DNA of 64,000 nucleotides from Francisella tularensis subsp. holarctica (GTDB lineage Bacteria; Pseudomonadota; Gammaproteobacteria; Francisellales; CACEW01): NCBI GenBank assembly GCA_945879065.1, contig CAMCUU010000004.1, positions 73 to 64,072 of the forward strand, read 5' to 3'. Shown piece by piece: positions 60,999 to 64,000 of this stretch (position 1 is its first letter; each line of letters starts with the position of its first letter). The notes under the pieces were generated by a model. It saw only the letters and a program-made list of their open reading frames with translations, ran no database searches and was not told where the DNA came from. The position numbers and the translations under genes were made by a program.

Positions 60999-61661
60999 AT
61001 GAGTGGAGTTTTGCCAGCATTTTTACCCAAAGTGGTAATGATGGTTGAAGATGTTTATACCAATCGTGCTTTGTTTTTACGTGGATCCCCGACTAGCCCT
61101 GGTTCAGTCAAAGTTTTGCCGAGAGAGCTTTCAGTATTTGAAATTGATTTAAATAACGAAACACATTTGATTCTTGTGAATAATACGCAAGAGTCGCTTG
61201 AGATTTTTAAAACAAGATTAAATCCAGAAAATGACCTAGCCCCTGTTGATTTTGTTCTGATGGATCGAGATTTTTCAACCATAGAACCTGCTTTACCCGC
61301 TGGGCAAGAGCCAGGGAGTGGCGGCGATTGGGCCATTGAACAAATGAGATTGGCTGAGTCTTCAGCTGAATTTAAAGCGGCTAAGCCGGCTCATATTTAT
61401 TACAACACGACGGATTTAGAGGCTCTGGTTCCAGAGGATGTTAAGTCTAAAATTAATGGCGCTTCTTGGAATCAAGAAGGCGATAAAAAAAGTAAAAAAT
61501 TGTCTCCAGCAGATTATAAAAACTATGTGGCTCAAGTTTTTCTAGCTCCAGCTCCAGCTACTTTAGGGCCAGTGACTTCTAGACCATCCACGCCTTTTTG
61601 TAGATCTGAAACACACTCTCCAGTTAATGCTTTTACTGGTCCGGCAATGGTCGCGTGTTAA
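60999..61661 (+). CDS. Hypothetical protein with possible divergent receiver-like N-terminal domain
   Basis: 'VVMMVEDVYTNRALFL' and 'VDFVLMDRDF' are spaced as in CheY-like receivers. Weak, recognised by eye only. Confidence 0.35.
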   Translation: MSGVLPAFLPKVVMMVEDVYTNRALFLRGSPTSPGSVKVLPRELSVFEIDLNNETHLILVNNTQESLEIFKTRLNPENDLAPVDFVLMDRDFSTIEPALPAGQEPGSGGDWAIEQMRLAESSAEFKAAKPAHIYYNTTDLEALVPEDVKSKINGASWNQEGDKKSKKLSPADYKNYVAQVFLAPAPATLGPVTSRPSTPFCRSETHSPVNAFTGPAMVAC

Positions 61662-61684
61662 ACCGTTACGGTGGGAGTTTTTAA

Positions 61685-62959
61685 ATTAAAACGAAATCTG
61701 AATCAGAAAAAATCCCGCCCTGGTTTTGTTTCGAGTGGCGGGATTTAGATCTAGATAAAAATAAAAATAAAAAAAATTTAAAAATTGCCATTATTGGCGC
61801 GGGGATTTCTGGCTGTTCGACCGCCTATGTTTTTTCCCAACTGGGCTGTTCGATTGATTTATTTGATCCTCAGGGCATTGCCCAAGCGGCTTCTGGAAAT
61901 CCTTATGGGCTCATTCGTCCGGAGCTAACCCTGGATAATAATCTTTCAGATCAATTGATTACCCAGGGGGCTTACTTAGCCATTCAGACTATTCAAACAT
62001 TAAAAAAACAGGGTTTTAATTTAGAGTTATTTTCAGACCAGGCCTTGCAAGCAGTGCCTAATGCCCGGCTTAAAAAACGCTATCGAGAGTTATTAAAACA
62101 GGGACATCCTGCTATCTCTTTATTTCAAGAAGACCCCGAGATTTATAAAATTTCTCCTGCGGCTTTAATTTCTCCAGTCCAGTTTTGTGAGGTATTAATC
62201 CAAGCCGCTGAACAGCAGTGTCAGCAAGCTGGGCAAACATTTCAGTTTTTAAAGCAAGCCGTAGAAAATTTAAAAGATCTTGAGCATTTTGATTGGATTA
62301 TTCTGGCGACTGGCTCTCAATCTCAAGAATTATTTTCCCAGGGGGCCTTTCAGCAAGTGCTCCCTTTAAAAAATTCTCCGGGCCAAATTAGTGTGATCAA
62401 AGTAGATTCTGAAAAAAATCCTGAGAGCTTTAAAATAAAATATCCTGTGAGTTATGAGGGCTACTGTTTTCCAGTGATTAATAACAGGCAATTACTGGGC
62501 GCGACTTATAGAAAAAATAATAATCTGGAAATCTTGCCTGAAGATCACCAGGAAAATATTAATAATTTAGAAAAAATTAATTTTAAATTAGCCCAGGATT
62601 TAAAAAATCAGATTCAAAATAATATAAATAACTGCTGGGGACGTGTGAGTGTCCGAGCCTCCAGTCCAGACCACTTGCCTTTAGTCGGGCCTTTGATGCC
62701 AGAAGAAATTTTTAAAGAAGACTACGCCCGTTTAGCCTATGGAGATCCGTACGCGAAATATCCTGAGCCTCGAAATTACCCCCAATTATTATTAAACATC
62801 GGCCATGGGTCGAAAGGCTTATCTACCAGTCTTATTTCAGCGTGGATTTTGGCCAGTGAAGTATTGGATTTAGCACTTCCAGTGTCTTTAAAGATACGCC
62901 AGGCCGTGCATCCGAATAGATTTTGGCTCAGGGATTTGAAGCGTTGTAAAAAACTATAA
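61685..62959 (+). CDS. mnmC: MnmC-like FAD-dependent oxidoreductase domain only; no canonical start codon upstream of the FAD-binding motif
   Basis: Open frame from 61685. 'KIAIIGAGISGCSTAY' Rossmann motif at about 61781-61828. First ATG/GTG/TTG in frame is the TTG at 61955, downstream of that motif. Confidence 0.6.
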   Translation: MKTKSESEKIPPWFCFEWRDLDLDKNKNKKNLKIAIIGAGISGCSTAYVFSQLGCSIDLFDPQGIAQAASGNPYGLIRPELTLDNNLSDQLITQGAYLAIQTIQTLKKQGFNLELFSDQALQAVPNARLKKRYRELLKQGHPAISLFQEDPEIYKISPAALISPVQFCEVLIQAAEQQCQQAGQTFQFLKQAVENLKDLEHFDWIILATGSQSQELFSQGAFQQVLPLKNSPGQISVIKVDSEKNPESFKIKYPVSYEGYCFPVINNRQLLGATYRKNNNLEILPEDHQENINNLEKINFKLAQDLKNQIQNNINNCWGRVSVRASSPDHLPLVGPLMPEEIFKEDYARLAYGDPYAKYPEPRNYPQLLLNIGHGSKGLSTSLISAWILASEVLDLALPVSLKIRQAVHPNRFWLRDLKRCKKL

Positions 62960-62976
62960 AAAGCTAATTGGCATTC

Positions 62977-64000
62977 TTAGATCAATGACTGATTTAAAGC
63001 CCCATCAAAGCTCGTTCTAGCTGCGGTTTTTTCTGCGTCGTTTAGTCCTGACTTACTTAAAACTTTATCAAACATCGTCACAGTATCTTTTCGTGATTTT
63101 TGAATTTCTGAAGCAGCTCGATGGACTGTAGTACCAGCGGCTCTTTGAAAGCATAGCGTTAGGGCATTGAAGCATTTCACACTATTAGGTTTCGTCCATG
63201 CAGCAATTATGCCAGTACTGTCTAAGTGCCTTTTGATCGTGTCCTGCTCTCCACCATTTAGCACGTCTGGTCGACCACTCCAGGCCATTTTTAAGAGCAA
63301 GGCAATTTTTGTGTGACGAGTTGTTAATGTTAATAATTCTTGCTTTTTACCAGTCTGCTTAGGGCGCAGAGCAGGACCAAGGGTAGCAAGTAGTTGAACC
63401 ATTTCTGAATTTTTAGAGTCAATAGCAAGAGAGAAAGCGGTTGAGCCATTAGTTGTCTTAAAGTGAACACCAGCACCAGCTTCAAGCAAAGCTCTAGCAA
63501 TCTGGGTGTGTCCAGCTTGAACAGCAGGAATTAAAGCGGTCTGTCTATTATGCGTTGCTTGATTAGCATCAGCACCAGCAGCAATAAGAGCTGCGACAAT
63601 TTCAAGATGTCCATTTTCAGCAGCAAGCATTAAAGCGGTCCGTCCATCACGCATTGCTTGATTAAGACCAGCACCAGGACGGATAAGAGCTGCGACAATT
63701 TCAAGATGTCCATTTTCAGCAGCAAGCATTAAAGCGGTCCGTCCATCAGGCATTGCTTGATTAGCATCAGCACCAGCAGCAATAAGAGCTCTAACAATCT
63801 CAGCATGTCCATTTTGAGCGGCAGACATTAAAGCGGTCCGTCCATCAGGCATTGCTTGATTAGCATCAGCACCAGCAGCAATAAGAGCTCTAACAATCTC
63901 AGCATGTCCATTTTGAGCGGCAGACATTAAAGCGGTCTGTCTACTATGCGGCGTTGCTTGATCAGCATCAGCACCAGCATGAATAAGAGCTGTGACAATT
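62977..64000 (-). CDS. Ankyrin-repeat protein (partial; continues past the window end)
   Basis: 33-aa repeats 'GRTALM.AA.NGH.EIV.ALI.AGAD.NQ'. The frame stays open to 64000. Confidence 0.85.
   Translation of the reverse strand, partial: IVTALIHAGADADQATPHSRQTALMSAAQNGHAEIVRALIAAGADANQAMPDGRTALMSAAQNGHAEIVRALIAAGADANQAMPDGRTALMLAAENGHLEIVAALIRPGAGLNQAMRDGRTALMLAAENGHLEIVAALIAAGADANQATHNRQTALIPAVQAGHTQIARALLEAGAGVHFKTTNGSTAFSLAIDSKNSEMVQLLATLGPALRPKQTGKKQELLTLTTRHTKIALLLKMAWSGRPDVLNGGEQDTIKRHLDSTGIIAAWTKPNSVKCFNALTLCFQRAAGTTVHRAASEIQKSRKDTVTMFDKVLSKSGLNDAEKTAARTSFDGALNQSLI

Noticed and set aside
63440-64000. Regular 99-bp periodic repeats that could superficially suggest a CRISPR-like array
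   Set aside because: There are no unique spacers. The repeats are contiguous and in-frame and encode ankyrin repeats. No cas genes are in the window.

Overview
AT-rich chromosomal segment that looks like it comes from a Legionellales-type (Legionella/Coxiella-related) intracellular gammaproteobacterium. This attribution is an inference from gene content. All homology calls rest on motifs and family signatures I could read in the supplied translations; no searches were run.

Layout:
(1) 1-7.4 kb: housekeeping genes (GNAT, rsgA, hemJ, ftsH, fmt, def).
(2) 8.3-13.2 kb: a five-gene operon resembling a kinase-type lasso-peptide (RiPP) cluster, with nucleotidyltransferase, ABC exporter, HprK-like kinase, PqqD and a B2 protease. 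I could find no Asn-synthetase-like cyclase and no precursor.
(3) greA, prlC and an orphan sensor kinase.
(4) 17.5-37.8 kb: a compact, single-locus Dot/Icm type IVB secretion cluster in a non-Legionella gene order: icmC/D-like x3, dotD, dotC, dotB, icmT, icmO, two unknown genes, icmL, icmS, icmW, icmK, a short icmE, icmG, icmB, icmP, icmJ.
(5) epmB; a Rab/Ras-like pseudo-GTPase ending in a CaaX box; a catalytically degenerate serine-recombinase-like protein; acs.
(6) A frameshifted AAA/DUF234 ATPase, with an intact paralog 14 kb away.
(7) A complete Rrf2-sufBCDSU-sufA-sufT operon; typA, dps, a HIT gene, ubiB, prmA; an FAD-only mnmC without a canonical start; and an ankyrin-repeat gene running off the window.

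Features that recur across the window:
- Two families of small GC-rich palindromic elements, some inserted in-frame into genes (rsgA, the ABC exporter, sufD).
- Many in-frame 12-bp microsatellites.
- A recurrent promoter-like motif, TGnTAAGAT followed by a GC-rich block.

No rRNA, tRNA, CRISPR array or IS element was recognised.
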